Position numbers and translations under genes: made by a program
Notes under the pieces: generated by a model
What the model saw: the letters and a program-made list of their open reading frames with translations, nothing else
Told to the model about the DNA's origin: nothing
Databases searched by the model: none
Shown: positions 9,970 to 19,710 of the stretch, one piece after another
Position numbering within the stretch: the stretch's first letter is position 1
Layout of the letters: each line of letters begins with the position of its first letter
From: an uncultured Methanobrevibacter sp.
Lineage (GTDB): Archaea > Methanobacteriota > Methanobacteria > Methanobacteriales > Methanobacteriaceae
NCBI RefSeq assembly: GCF_902788255.1
Contig: NZ_CADAJR010000002.1
Location: forward strand, 54,962 to 86,961
Direction of reading: 5' to 3'
Length of the DNA: 32,000 nucleotides

Positions 9970-11157
9970 ATGTATTTGACAAAAAAAGAACAGGAAATGT
10001 GTGATGGGGAATATGGTGAAACCATCCGTAAAAGCATGGACATCCTGGTTGCACTCGGTGATATCTACGGCGCATCCAAGCTTGTGGACATCACTTCAGC
10101 ACAGGTATCAGGTGTTTCCTACAAGACAATCGGTGAGGCAGGTCTTGAATATCTTCAGGATTTGGCTCGTGACGGTTCAGGAAAGGCAACAATAAATGCA
10201 TCACTGAATCCTCCTGGAACCGATTTGGACAATTGGAAGGAACTCGGTTTTCCTGAATACTTTGCAATAAAGCAGAATGAAATTGTCGATGCCTATGCGG
10301 ATTTGGGAATTTCCAAGACATGTACATGCACTCCTTATCTTGTTGGAAATGTGCCAAGGTTCAGGGACCATGTCTCATGGTCAGAATCATCTGCTGTGGC
10401 TTATGTGAACTCCGTAATCGGTGCACGTACAAATCGTGAGGGAGGACCTGCTGCTTTGGCGGCGGCCATTGTTGGAAAAACTCCTCTTTACGGATTCCAC
10501 TTGGATGAAAATCGTGGCGCAAACCTTGTTGTAAACGTCAGCTGTGAGTTGAAAGGTGCCGATTTCGGTGCTTTGGGCTACATCATCGGTAAGGTTGTGG
10601 GAGGTGGAGTTCCATACTTCAAGCTCCAGAACACTCCAAACAACAATAACCTGAAGACTTTGGGTGCTGCACTTGCATCCTCAGGTTCAGTAGCGCTTTA
10701 CCATATTGAAGACGTGACTCCCGAGTTTGATTCAAACAATGTTGAGGAAATCGAGGACATAATGTTTATCTCCGAAAAGGAGATTTCCGAGACAAGAGAG
10801 AATCTCACAACTACAGACAGGGAAATTGATCTTGTATGTCTGGGCTGTCCTCACGCTTCACTTGAAGAGATTAAGGAAGTCGCTGAAATCGTAAGGGGCA
10901 AAACCATCAAAAACAAGCTATGGATTTGTACTTCAGTAAGCGTTAAGGCAACAGCCGACAGGATGGGCTACACTAAGACAATCGAAGCTGCAGGCGGAAA
11001 CATCGTATGTGACACATGTATGGTAGTGGCTCCAATCGAGGAGATGGGCTTTGAGGTCATCGGTGTCAACTCCGCAAAGGCGGCAAACTATGTTCCATCA
11101 ATGTGTGGACTTGATGTTGTATATAATGATGTAGAAAATCTTATTCGTTTCGAATAA
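9970..11157 (+). CDS. Aconitase X catalytic subunit (DUF521); in archaea the phosphomevalonate dehydratase large subunit
   Basis: The N-terminus [53 protein letters not shown] is typical of DUF521/AcnX. ATG 9961 (MINMYL...), overlapping the recJ stop, is an alternative start. No DUF126 small-subunit ORF is adjacent. Confidence 0.8.
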   Translation: MYLTKKEQEMCDGEYGETIRKSMDILVALGDIYGASKLVDITSAQVSGVSYKTIGEAGLEYLQDLARDGSGKATINASLNPPGTDLDNWKELGFPEYFAIKQNEIVDAYADLGISKTCTCTPYLVGNVPRFRDHVSWSESSAVAYVNSVIGARTNREGGPAALAAAIVGKTPLYGFHLDENRGANLVVNVSCELKGADFGALGYIIGKVVGGGVPYFKLQNTPNNNNLKTLGAALASSGSVALYHIEDVTPEFDSNNVEEIEDIMFISEKEISETRENLTTTDREIDLVCLGCPHASLEEIKEVAEIVRGKTIKNKLWICTSVSVKATADRMGYTKTIEAAGGNIVCDTCMVVAPIEEMGFEVIGVNSAKAANYVPSMCGLDVVYNDVENLIRFE

Positions 11158-11266
11158 GGTTTCAATTCTTTTTTTTTAAAATTTTTTAATTAACTTTTTT
11201 TCTAGTTAAACTTTAAATTTGATAAAATCAATAAATTATAATGATAAATTTATAGGTTGACTTTTT

Positions 11267-12652
11267 ATGAATTATTTAGTTGTTGGTGCTGGAAATGCTA
11301 GTAGGCCTGTTGCAAGATTGCTTAATCATTTGGGCCATGATGTTGTAATAACTGATTTGAAGGATATTTCTGAATTTAAAATCGAGTTCCAGCGAAGTCT
11401 AATTGAAATGGAAAAGGAAGGCGTAACCCTTGACATGGCAAATAAGAATCCCTCTGTCGATGGATTTGATGCGGTTTACATGCCACCTACCTTACCTGAA
11501 ACCGCTCCAATCGCTAAACTAATCAAAGATTCTGATTTGAAGGTTCTATCCAATGAAGAGTTTTCCAAAATAGTCAACGACTTGATTCCCGTAGACATCA
11601 TCGGAATTACCGGAACTATGGGAAAGACCACCACAACCTTCATTACAACCAGCCTTTTCAAGCAGGCGGGATACAATGTATGGTCCTGTTCATCCCTTGT
11701 AAACAATCTTGTATCTGAAGCCATCATTGATGGTATCGTCAAGGGAAGGGCTCAGGATTGTGATATTGCTATTTTTGAACTTCCTCACGGTACAATTGGT
11801 TTATTGAACAGTTTGGATATTAAGATAGGTCTTTTGACCAATATTGCAGAGGACCACCTTTCCGAATTTGGAGGATCTCTGGAACTGTACCAGCAAAGGA
11901 AACTTATTCTTGAAAGCATGAGCGAAACATTCATCTCAAATCACTCCTGTTTCGATATCATAAATCCTATAAGGGATGATGCGTTATATTATGCTTTGGA
12001 TGAGGACGTTGATTTTAAAGGTATTGTTGGTGATGAATCCTTAACTGTTGAATATGGAAATGATTCCTTTACCACTCCCTTCTACATGATGAGCTACTTT
12101 TTTGAAAATTCAGTGGCTGCAAGTGCCGCCGCATTGACATATGGAGTAAAGAAGGAAGATATAATCGATGCACTGACAGAGTTTAAGGGACTTCCAGCGC
12201 ACATGGATGATGTGGGTGACTACAACGGAAGGAAGGTCATTTTGGATTCAGCATTTTTATACGATGGAATGAAAATCACACTCGATTACTTCAAGGATGA
12301 AAGTGTGGTGCTGTTCCTTGATCATTTTGATACACTGTCCGTAAGGGATAAGGCAGAGGTTGGTGAGCTCATAAGCAACTACAATCTCAAATGTGTAATA
12401 GCAAGCGGATTTAATGAGGTTACCCAGGAAGTTGAAATAGAGGCTGCCCAGGAGATACTTGATGCAATAACAAATCCTGACATCATAAAAGTGGCAGTCA
12501 ACGATATAGAAATTGCAGCACAAGAAACATTCAAGTATTCCGAACCTGGAGATATAATACTGCATATGGGACCTCTTATAGCTTACGACAGGCTGACCAC
12601 TGTTGACAAGATTATGAAAGGACTTGAAAAGGGGAGTAAGAAATATGTATAA
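11267..12652 (+). CDS. Mur ligase family protein (candidate pseudomurein peptide ligase, MurD-like N-terminal domain)
   Basis: Rossmann-like N-terminus VVGAGNASRPVARLLNHLGHDVVITD, P-loop GITGTMGKTTTT, and TNIAEDHL. Mur-type ligases in a methanogen point to pseudomurein synthesis. Confidence 0.8.
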   Translation: MNYLVVGAGNASRPVARLLNHLGHDVVITDLKDISEFKIEFQRSLIEMEKEGVTLDMANKNPSVDGFDAVYMPPTLPETAPIAKLIKDSDLKVLSNEEFSKIVNDLIPVDIIGITGTMGKTTTTFITTSLFKQAGYNVWSCSSLVNNLVSEAIIDGIVKGRAQDCDIAIFELPHGTIGLLNSLDIKIGLLTNIAEDHLSEFGGSLELYQQRKLILESMSETFISNHSCFDIINPIRDDALYYALDEDVDFKGIVGDESLTVEYGNDSFTTPFYMMSYFFENSVAASAAALTYGVKKEDIIDALTEFKGLPAHMDDVGDYNGRKVILDSAFLYDGMKITLDYFKDESVVLFLDHFDTLSVRDKAEVGELISNYNLKCVIASGFNEVTQEVEIEAAQEILDAITNPDIIKVAVNDIEIAAQETFKYSEPGDIILHMGPLIAYDRLTTVDKIMKGLEKGSKKYV

Positions 12653-14153
12653 GAATAAGACCTTTGGAGTTATAGGAGTTTGCGGAGCAAACGGTAATTT
12701 AATCGCAAGAATACTTAAACAGAGAGGTTATAATGTTATAGGAACCGATGTGACCTTTAAAAAAGATTGCCGATTTGCAAAAGCACTGGAAGGCTATGAC
12801 ATTGAAGTGTACTATGGCCAGACTCCTGAAGGATTTTTCAATAAGGTAGATTATATAATTCCTCCTTTAAGTCTTCCCGAAGATGCTGAAATTCTTAAAA
12901 AATGCGACAAACCTATTTTGACCGTACATGAAGTGATAGACCTGATAAAGCCTGAAAAGCCGGTATTCGGAATAACCGGTACCAACGGAAAGACAACCTC
13001 AACAACACTTCTCAAAAAGATCGCATATGACAATGGAATAAAACCGTGCGAACATGACCTTGAGGGAATGCAGGGAAATGCCGAGTTCATTCCGATTTTG
13101 CAGTCAAGACTAAATGGGGATGTGGGTATTCTTGAAGTTGGAACCTTCGGGGTTCCCGGAACCGTTGGAAGGATAGTCAAAAATACTGAGATGTCAGCGG
13201 GACTTATAACAAACATCACACCTGACCACCTGAACGACCTTGGAAGCTTCATCGACTATGCAAACGTCAAGGGCGAATTCATCAAGGAACTCGGACTGGG
13301 ACAGCTAATAGTCAACGGCCATGACCCTACAATCATGGGTCTTTTAAGGGAACTTGATTTCAAGGGCGAAGTAATCACATTCGGTGTGGATGAAATGCCT
13401 GATTCAATCGGAATGAAAGAATGCGTATGCGGACGTGAAATTGCAGTTAAGGAAATCATTTCCGGATGCGGATACTATTTCTGCCAGTGTGGAATAACAA
13501 CCCCTCAGGTGGACTATATCGCAACAAATGTCGACTTGGCAAACCGCACATTCGATCTTCACACTCCAACCGAGAAACTGACAGTAAAGATGGGTATTGA
13601 CGGTCTTCATAACGTTTATAACCTGACCGGTGTAATAATCGCCGCTCACAAATTCCTGGATCTTCCTTATGATAAGATTCTACCGACAATTGCAAGCTTT
13701 TCCGGTGTAAGCGGAAGAATGGAAGAGGTCGGAAAGGTCAAGGGCAAGGACATATTCGTTGATTATGCACACAATCCTGCCGGTGTGGAAACTGTCTTAA
13801 AAGAATTCAAAAAGCTGTTCGGAGACTTTACAACAGTAATTACAGTATCCTCCGAATCCGGTTACAGGGGAGACATCGACATATTCAACAGTGTGCTCAA
13901 GTTCTCTAAATTCATCGTTCCGGCATCCGTTGCCTCACAAAAGATTGCAGTTGAAAAGCTTAAGGCAAATCCTAAGCTGAACGATAGAATCTTTTTAAAC
14001 CATGTTGATGATTTTGAAAAGAAAGGTACATTGGGTGCTTCAAAAGAGGAAGTTCGTGATGGTCTAAGAAAGGCCTTGAACCTTGACTGTGAAATGGTTA
14101 TTGCAATAGGTGAGGCTGCAACCAAATTCAAATCTCTCGTTTTCGAGTTATGA
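12645..14153 (+). CDS. Mur ligase family protein (second candidate pseudomurein peptide ligase) with a Cys-rich insert
   Basis: N-terminus GVIGVCGANGNLIARILKQRGYNVIGTD, P-loop GITGTNGKTTSTT, TNITPDHL, and DYAHNPAG in the C-terminal domain. ATG 12645 is preferred over the track's TTG 12624 because GGGGAG lies upstream. It overlaps the previous stop by 8 nt. A Cys cluster is at 13422-13490. Confidence 0.8.
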   Translation: MYKNKTFGVIGVCGANGNLIARILKQRGYNVIGTDVTFKKDCRFAKALEGYDIEVYYGQTPEGFFNKVDYIIPPLSLPEDAEILKKCDKPILTVHEVIDLIKPEKPVFGITGTNGKTTSTTLLKKIAYDNGIKPCEHDLEGMQGNAEFIPILQSRLNGDVGILEVGTFGVPGTVGRIVKNTEMSAGLITNITPDHLNDLGSFIDYANVKGEFIKELGLGQLIVNGHDPTIMGLLRELDFKGEVITFGVDEMPDSIGMKECVCGREIAVKEIISGCGYYFCQCGITTPQVDYIATNVDLANRTFDLHTPTEKLTVKMGIDGLHNVYNLTGVIIAAHKFLDLPYDKILPTIASFSGVSGRMEEVGKVKGKDIFVDYAHNPAGVETVLKEFKKLFGDFTTVITVSSESGYRGDIDIFNSVLKFSKFIVPASVASQKIAVEKLKANPKLNDRIFLNHVDDFEKKGTLGASKEEVRDGLRKALNLDCEMVIAIGEAATKFKSLVFEL

Positions 14154-14381
14154 GTGGGGAGTTTTATTTTAATAATGCTTGCCATATCCTATTTGGGTAG
14201 GGGATGAATTGCTAGGCCTATTTACGTTAAATGTAATTTTTACTTAATTTTTTTTTATTTTTATGTGTTAATAATTCATTTTTTTTTATTTAAGTTTTGG
14301 CTACATTCTAAAATTTATTTGTTTTTTAGTTTTCAAATGCTCTCTTAATCTTTTTAAGTGATGTTTGATTAATATGATAGT

Positions 14382-16700
14382 ATGGTAAGTTACATTAATC
14401 ATCCGCTACTCAAAAAAGATGCAATCGAATCAAGGCTGTACCAGCAGATTCTTGCTGGAGATGTATTGAAAAAGGGAAATACAATGGTTGTTGCACCTAC
14501 AGCTCTTGGTAAGACCATTGTTGCGATTCTTGTAGCTGCAGATAGGCTGGATAAGGTTAAAAATTCCAAGGTATTGGTTCTTGCACCGTCAAAACCGTTG
14601 GCTATTCAGCATGAGGAAAGCTTTAAGGATTTCATAACCCTTCCATGCACATCCATCACTGGAGCAATTAAACCTGAAGAGCGTGTAAAAAGATGGGAGG
14701 AGTCAAGAATAATATCCGCAACTCCTCAAACGGTTGAATCTGATTTATTGAATGGCAGATATGATTTAAGTAATGTATCACTGATAGTCTTTGACGAATG
14801 CCACCACGGTGTGGGATCATATTCATATGTATACCTGGCATCCCGTTACGCTCAGGAATCAAATTATAATCTGATTTTGGGACTGACAGCTTCTCCGGGT
14901 TCCGACAAGTTCAAAATCAAGGAGGTATGTGAAAACCTCTATATCCAAAACATTGTTGTCAAGACTGAAGATGATGCCGATGTAAAGCCATATTTCAACC
15001 CTGTTGATATTGATTGGGTTAAAATAAAGATGAGTGATGAGCTTGCAAAGATAAAGGAAAATGTTGACAAGGCTTTAAAAATACGGCTCAAGGCATTGAA
15101 GAATATGGGCATTATCAAAACGGTTTCTGTCGGTAAAAAGGATATTCTGACTGCCCGTGGAAGGGTTCAGGGTGAGATTGCACGTTCAGCAAATCCCGAC
15201 AAGGAACTGTTCCGAGCAGTTTCAATATTGAGCGCAGTCATCAATGTCCAGCATGCTCAGGAGTTGATTGAGACTCAAGGGGTTCAGACATTCAACAAAT
15301 ATGTTGACCGCTTGCGTAAAAAAAAGACCAAGGCTGCAAAATCATTGATGTGGGATGATAACTTTTCAAGGGCAATCAAACTTGCTAAAAGGGCTGAAAG
15401 ACATGGATGGGAACATCCTAAGCTACGTGAAATAACCAAAATCTTAAAAAAGGAACTGGGTGATGATGGACAGTCCAAACTCACAACTTCACGTTTTGAA
15501 GATAAAAGTGATGAAAACGCTTCAAAAATCATGGTATTTACTCAATATCGTGATACACTTGAAATGATTCATCAAAAACTTGAAAAGGAAGGAATCAAAT
15601 CAGTCAAATTCTTTGGTCAGGCATCAAAAGATGGCGAAAAGGGATTGACCCAGAAAGAGCAGAAAGCTATAATAAAAGCATTCAGAATGGGTGAGTATGA
15701 TGTCTTGCTGTCAACCAGTGTTGCTGAAGAGGGTATTGACATTCCTGCCGTTGATTTGGTTGTGTTGTATGAACCCGTACCGTCTGAGGTTCGTATGATT
15801 CAAAGACGTGGACGTACCGGTCGTAAAAGGACAGGTAAGGTTAAAGTCTTGGTTACTGAAGGAACAAGGGATGAAGCTTATTACTGGTCCAGTATCCGGA
15901 AAGAAGACAATATGAAAAATCAGCTGATTGATCCTGAGGTAATTAATGAATTGAATGCTTCGGCCGTTGAGAGAATGGAAAATCAAAAGAAGGTCAAAGT
16001 CCTTGAAAGGCCTAAAGAGGACAATGATTTTCCAGTGGTTTATGCCGATTCACGTGAAGGAAATTCCAAGGTTATCCGACATCTCACCGAAATGGAGATT
16101 GACGTTAAAATACGTTCAATGGCTGTTGGAGATTATCAGGTAAGTGATGAGGTTGTAATTGAGAGAAAAACAGCTAGTGATTTTGTAAGTTCAATCATCG
16201 ATAAAAGGTTGTTCAAGCAGGCTCGTGAACTTACCGAAGAGTTTAAAAAACCGATAATAATCCTTGAAGGTGACGATATTTATAACGGTATGATCAACCC
16301 TAATGCAATCAGAGGTACAATTGCAGCTTTGGCAATCGATTTCAGAATCAGTATTATTCCAACTAGAAATGCTCAGGATACTGCTGCAATGATTAAAAGA
16401 ATTGCGATAAGGGAGCAGAATGGTGAAAAAATCCCAATTTCTATTAGGACAGATAAAAAACCGGTCACTTTAATGGAACAGCAATTGTTTATCGTAGAAT
16501 CATTGCCTAATATCGGACCGGTAAATGCAAAAAATCTCCTGAAGCATTTTGGAAGTGTTGAAAAGGTTTTGAATGCTAGCGAAGCCCAGCTTCAGGATGT
16601 TGAAGGTATCGGTAAAAAAACAGCCAAGGATATAAGAAAGGTAATTGAGTCCAAATACCTCTATTTTGAAAAAGAAATTAAGGAAAAGAAACTTCTCTAG
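14382..16700 (+). CDS. hef: Hef helicase/nuclease (archaeal XPF/FANCM homologue)
   Basis: Superfamily 2 helicase motifs APTALGKT, VFDECHH, SVAEEGIDIP and QRRGRTGR. C-terminal ERCC4 nuclease motif VIERKTASDFVSSIIDKRLFKQ, plus a tandem helix-hairpin-helix (NIGPVNAKNLL, GIGKKTAKDI). Confidence 0.9.
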   Translation: MVSYINHPLLKKDAIESRLYQQILAGDVLKKGNTMVVAPTALGKTIVAILVAADRLDKVKNSKVLVLAPSKPLAIQHEESFKDFITLPCTSITGAIKPEERVKRWEESRIISATPQTVESDLLNGRYDLSNVSLIVFDECHHGVGSYSYVYLASRYAQESNYNLILGLTASPGSDKFKIKEVCENLYIQNIVVKTEDDADVKPYFNPVDIDWVKIKMSDELAKIKENVDKALKIRLKALKNMGIIKTVSVGKKDILTARGRVQGEIARSANPDKELFRAVSILSAVINVQHAQELIETQGVQTFNKYVDRLRKKKTKAAKSLMWDDNFSRAIKLAKRAERHGWEHPKLREITKILKKELGDDGQSKLTTSRFEDKSDENASKIMVFTQYRDTLEMIHQKLEKEGIKSVKFFGQASKDGEKGLTQKEQKAIIKAFRMGEYDVLLSTSVAEEGIDIPAVDLVVLYEPVPSEVRMIQRRGRTGRKRTGKVKVLVTEGTRDEAYYWSSIRKEDNMKNQLIDPEVINELNASAVERMENQKKVKVLERPKEDNDFPVVYADSREGNSKVIRHLTEMEIDVKIRSMAVGDYQVSDEVVIERKTASDFVSSIIDKRLFKQARELTEEFKKPIIILEGDDIYNGMINPNAIRGTIAALAIDFRISIIPTRNAQDTAAMIKRIAIREQNGEKIPISIRTDKKPVTLMEQQLFIVESLPNIGPVNAKNLLKHFGSVEKVLNASEAQLQDVEGIGKKTAKDIRKVIESKYLYFEKEIKEKKLL

Positions 16701-17446
16701 AAGTTTTCTTTCATATATTCATAACTTTTTTTAATGGAATCGTAGTCATTCACTTCAATGATGTAGATGCCATCATAATTATTTTTCTCTAAAGTATTGA
16801 GGATATGTTTTAATTCAATATTGCCCTCACCAAATGCCAGGTGTGAGTCATCATCACCAAAATTATCATGGGCATGTATGTGTTTAATCGAATCAAAAAT
16901 CATCTCGTTTGCGGAATATCTCGCATGGTGTGCATGACCGATGTCAAGGGTCATTCCCATATCAAGTGAAACCAGCAAGTCGTTCAAATCATTGATGTCT
17001 TGATAAATCATTGTTTCAAAGGCGGGCATATTTTCAATGGTGGTCATGATGCCCAAATCATCTGAGTATTCGCCAATCTCTTTTATTGATTCCCTTGCGC
17101 ATTCATATACATCGTCCAGGAAGTATTTGTTGGCCAAAAATGAGGCAAGTCCAGGATGGACAACGACAGCTTCCGCATTGATTTTGTTTGCCAGATTGAT
17201 TGAATCTTTAATCTGCTCGATTGAATTCAGTCTGCTTTTTTCCTGAAGTGAGGCTATATTTACATCCATGAAGGGGGCATGAATTGAGTATTTGAGATTA
17301 TAGCTTTCAAGCAAGTCTGCTGTCACATACTCTGATGGGAACTGATGCACCAGTTCAGCATATTCCAGTCCTAAATTTTCAATAAATTCCAATGTATTTT
17401 CCAATCCGTTTTCAAGTCCTGCAAGTGCGGATGCTCCAATCTTCAT
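16697..17446 (-). CDS. Sugar phosphate isomerase/epimerase (xylose isomerase-like TIM barrel)
   Basis: Family-typical blocks VVVHPG, IENM, LDIGHAH and HIHAHDN...H. Start is set at ATG 17446 (MKIGASAL...) because GGTGA (17451-17455, minus strand) lies 4 nt upstream. The track's longer ORF start (17491) would lie inside the upstream gene. Confidence 0.75.
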   Translation of the reverse strand: MKIGASALAGLENGLENTLEFIENLGLEYAELVHQFPSEYVTADLLESYNLKYSIHAPFMDVNIASLQEKSRLNSIEQIKDSINLANKINAEAVVVHPGLASFLANKYFLDDVYECARESIKEIGEYSDDLGIMTTIENMPAFETMIYQDINDLNDLLVSLDMGMTLDIGHAHHARYSANEMIFDSIKHIHAHDNFGDDDSHLAFGEGNIELKHILNTLEKNNYDGIYIIEVNDYDSIKKSYEYMKENF

Positions 17447-17450
17447 AATA

Positions 17451-19295
17451 TCACCTCTTTTGTATGGCTGTAATCTCCAATCCCATCTCAATCGCTTCTA
17501 TGATGATGTCGGATAATTCTATTCCTCTTTTGATTTTGATTTCTCCCTTTTTGGAGGTGGTTGCGGTCAGCAGATACTGTCCGTCAATCTGTATGTCGAA
17601 GTTTTTCCGGCCGTTGTCACGTCCAAGTTCCAGAATCAGCTGCTTTTTGGTGTGGAGGATGTCAACTTCAAATGGGGTCTTGCTGATAGGCTTTGATTCA
17701 ATGACCTCAACGCCCAGGCTTATGCCGATGCTTTCCTCGATTTCAGCAATTCTTTTACCGTTTTTACCTATGATTTTTGGTATGAAATCCTCTGGAATGT
17801 AGATGTTTGCCCTTTCAGGAGAGATTACCTCAACATCAACCTTGGCCTTTTTCGGCACAAGCTTTTTGACCTTTCTTAAAATCTCCTGTTCTGCAATCCT
17901 TTCGACTGAGGACTTGTGTCTTCCCTCATCACCGGATCCGTTAACCAAATCGATGTCCATTACAATTGTCTGTTCCCCGTAGGTGTAAATCTCGTTTTTG
18001 AGCTCTCCTGTTTCAAAGTCGCGCACTTCAATGACCGGCCTTGCAAGGTCCGCCTCCTTCATTCCTGTCGGAACCTTCACGGTCATCTTGGTGTCATAGA
18101 CACTTGTAACCTTACCGTTCTCGATATATATGCTTGTATCGACGATTGACGGGATTACACCAAGCTCCACCCTTGAGGCTATTCTCTGGACTGCATCAAT
18201 CGGACGGGTTGCATGCACGACCCCGATCATTCCGACCCCCGCAAGCCTCATGTCTGCAAAGATGTTGAAATCGGTGTTTTTTCTCAGCTCGTCATATATG
18301 GTATAGTCCGGCCTTACAAGCAACAGAACGTCAGCGGTATTTTCCATGCTTCCTTCCAGCGGAGCATATTGTGTTATCTCATCAGGCAGCTGTAAATCCC
18401 TAGGGGATTCCATTGTCTTTACGACCTTGTTCAGTTTTGATGAGTAGTATTTCGCTATTGCCTGTACGAATGTTGACTTACCGGCACCCGGTGAACCTGA
18501 AATGAGTATTCCTTCGGCATTGGTTCTTATCCTTTCAAGAAGTTTTTCTGAAAGGTGATATTCGTCGAGGCTGATGTTTGCAACAGGCCTTACGATTGTG
18601 ATTTCCAGCGCCTCTGAAAATGGGGGATAGGCTATTGAAATTCTGAATTCCCTTGACTGGACAACGAATGAGCCTTCCTTCTGGGATTCAAGGTAGGTTT
18701 TCGGATCGCTTTTTGCCTTGTCAAGGATTTCGTCCATAATCTCTTTTAGCTCATTGTAGGTGTAGACCTTTTCGTTCAATACTTCAAAGCTGATGTGGCC
18801 TGGTGTTCCCTTTTTGGCCATCGGAACAACATTTTCCTTTAAATGTATTGACATTGTCTCATCATCGAAGTATTTCTCTATTGACAATGGTTTCAATTCA
18901 AATTCCTGTTTGTAAAAGTAAACCGGTATTCCCTGTGCCTTTGCGGTTTCCGCCTGGACCTTGTCGTTGGTGAGAAGTGTTCCCATTTCACTTCTTGCAA
19001 CATCGCGTATGATGCTGTCGATTTCTCCGCTTTTGGCATACTTGATGTCGTAATTGGTTGGCCTTTTTCCCTTAAAGCTGACTGCCAGTTCGCCTTCGTC
19101 CTGCATCCTCTGCAATTTCTGAAGTTCCTTAAGGCCCTTGTGGCCTTCAGAGCGGTTTGCGTTTGCCTGGTGTTCAAGTTCACAGACCACCGCTTCGGGT
19201 ACAACGATTTCCGGATAGTCCAAATCGCTTTCCTCTACAATCTTGCTTACCGCACCTATGATGACGGCGCTGGTGTCCGGTATAATGCATTTCAT
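17451..19295 (-). CDS. PIN-domain / P-loop ATPase / KH-domain protein (PINc-VapC family ATPase)
   Basis: N-terminal PIN-like IIPDTSAVI...LLTNDKVQ, Walker A ISGSPGAGKST, and a C-terminal KH GxxG motif (IIGKNGKRIAEIEE). This is a conserved archaeal architecture of unknown precise role, presumed RNA-related. Confidence 0.8.
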   Translation of the reverse strand: MKCIIPDTSAVIIGAVSKIVEESDLDYPEIVVPEAVVCELEHQANANRSEGHKGLKELQKLQRMQDEGELAVSFKGKRPTNYDIKYAKSGEIDSIIRDVARSEMGTLLTNDKVQAETAKAQGIPVYFYKQEFELKPLSIEKYFDDETMSIHLKENVVPMAKKGTPGHISFEVLNEKVYTYNELKEIMDEILDKAKSDPKTYLESQKEGSFVVQSREFRISIAYPPFSEALEITIVRPVANISLDEYHLSEKLLERIRTNAEGILISGSPGAGKSTFVQAIAKYYSSKLNKVVKTMESPRDLQLPDEITQYAPLEGSMENTADVLLLVRPDYTIYDELRKNTDFNIFADMRLAGVGMIGVVHATRPIDAVQRIASRVELGVIPSIVDTSIYIENGKVTSVYDTKMTVKVPTGMKEADLARPVIEVRDFETGELKNEIYTYGEQTIVMDIDLVNGSGDEGRHKSSVERIAEQEILRKVKKLVPKKAKVDVEVISPERANIYIPEDFIPKIIGKNGKRIAEIEESIGISLGVEVIESKPISKTPFEVDILHTKKQLILELGRDNGRKNFDIQIDGQYLLTATTSKKGEIKIKRGIELSDIIIEAIEMGLEITAIQKR

Positions 19296-19296
19296 T

Positions 19297-19710
19297 TTAA
19301 TACACGTCTGCTGGATTAACTAATCTTTCTAAAATAATTTCCACGTCTTCTTCTTTCACATCATCAATGTCAATTTCGTTTTCAGTGTTCAAACGTCTGA
19401 AAAAGCAGGAACGGTATCCTTCGTGGCATGCTGCACCGGTCTGTGAAATTTTTAAAACGATTGCATCCATGTCACAGTCAACAAGGATATCCTTCACGTC
19501 CTGAAAATGTCCTGATGATTCTCCCTTGAGCCATAACTTGTTTCTAGAGGTACTCCAGTAATGGGCTTTTCCTGTCTGGATTGTCTTGATTAGCGCTTCC
19601 TTGTTCATGTTTGCAAGCATCAATATCTCATTGGTCTCTGCGTCCTGTGCAATTGCTGTTATGACCGGAATTCCGTTGATTTCATGTCTGAAGTTAATGT
19701 TCATGTTCAT
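19297..19710 (-). CDS. hisI: Phosphoribosyl-AMP cyclohydrolase (HisI)
   Basis: 137 aa with [21 protein letters not shown] and [14 protein letters not shown] overlap with the hisS stop. Confidence 0.9.
   Translation of the reverse strand: MNMNINFRHEINGIPVITAIAQDAETNEILMLANMNKEALIKTIQTGKAHYWSTSRNKLWLKGESSGHFQDVKDILVDCDMDAIVLKISQTGAACHEGYRSCFFRRLNTENEIDIDDVKEEDVEIILERLVNPADVY

Noticed and set aside
12851-13695. Cluster of minus-strand ORFs inside the second Mur ligase gene
   Set aside because: They are antisense to a motif-rich Mur ligase ORF. They overlap one another in different frames and have no recognisable motifs.
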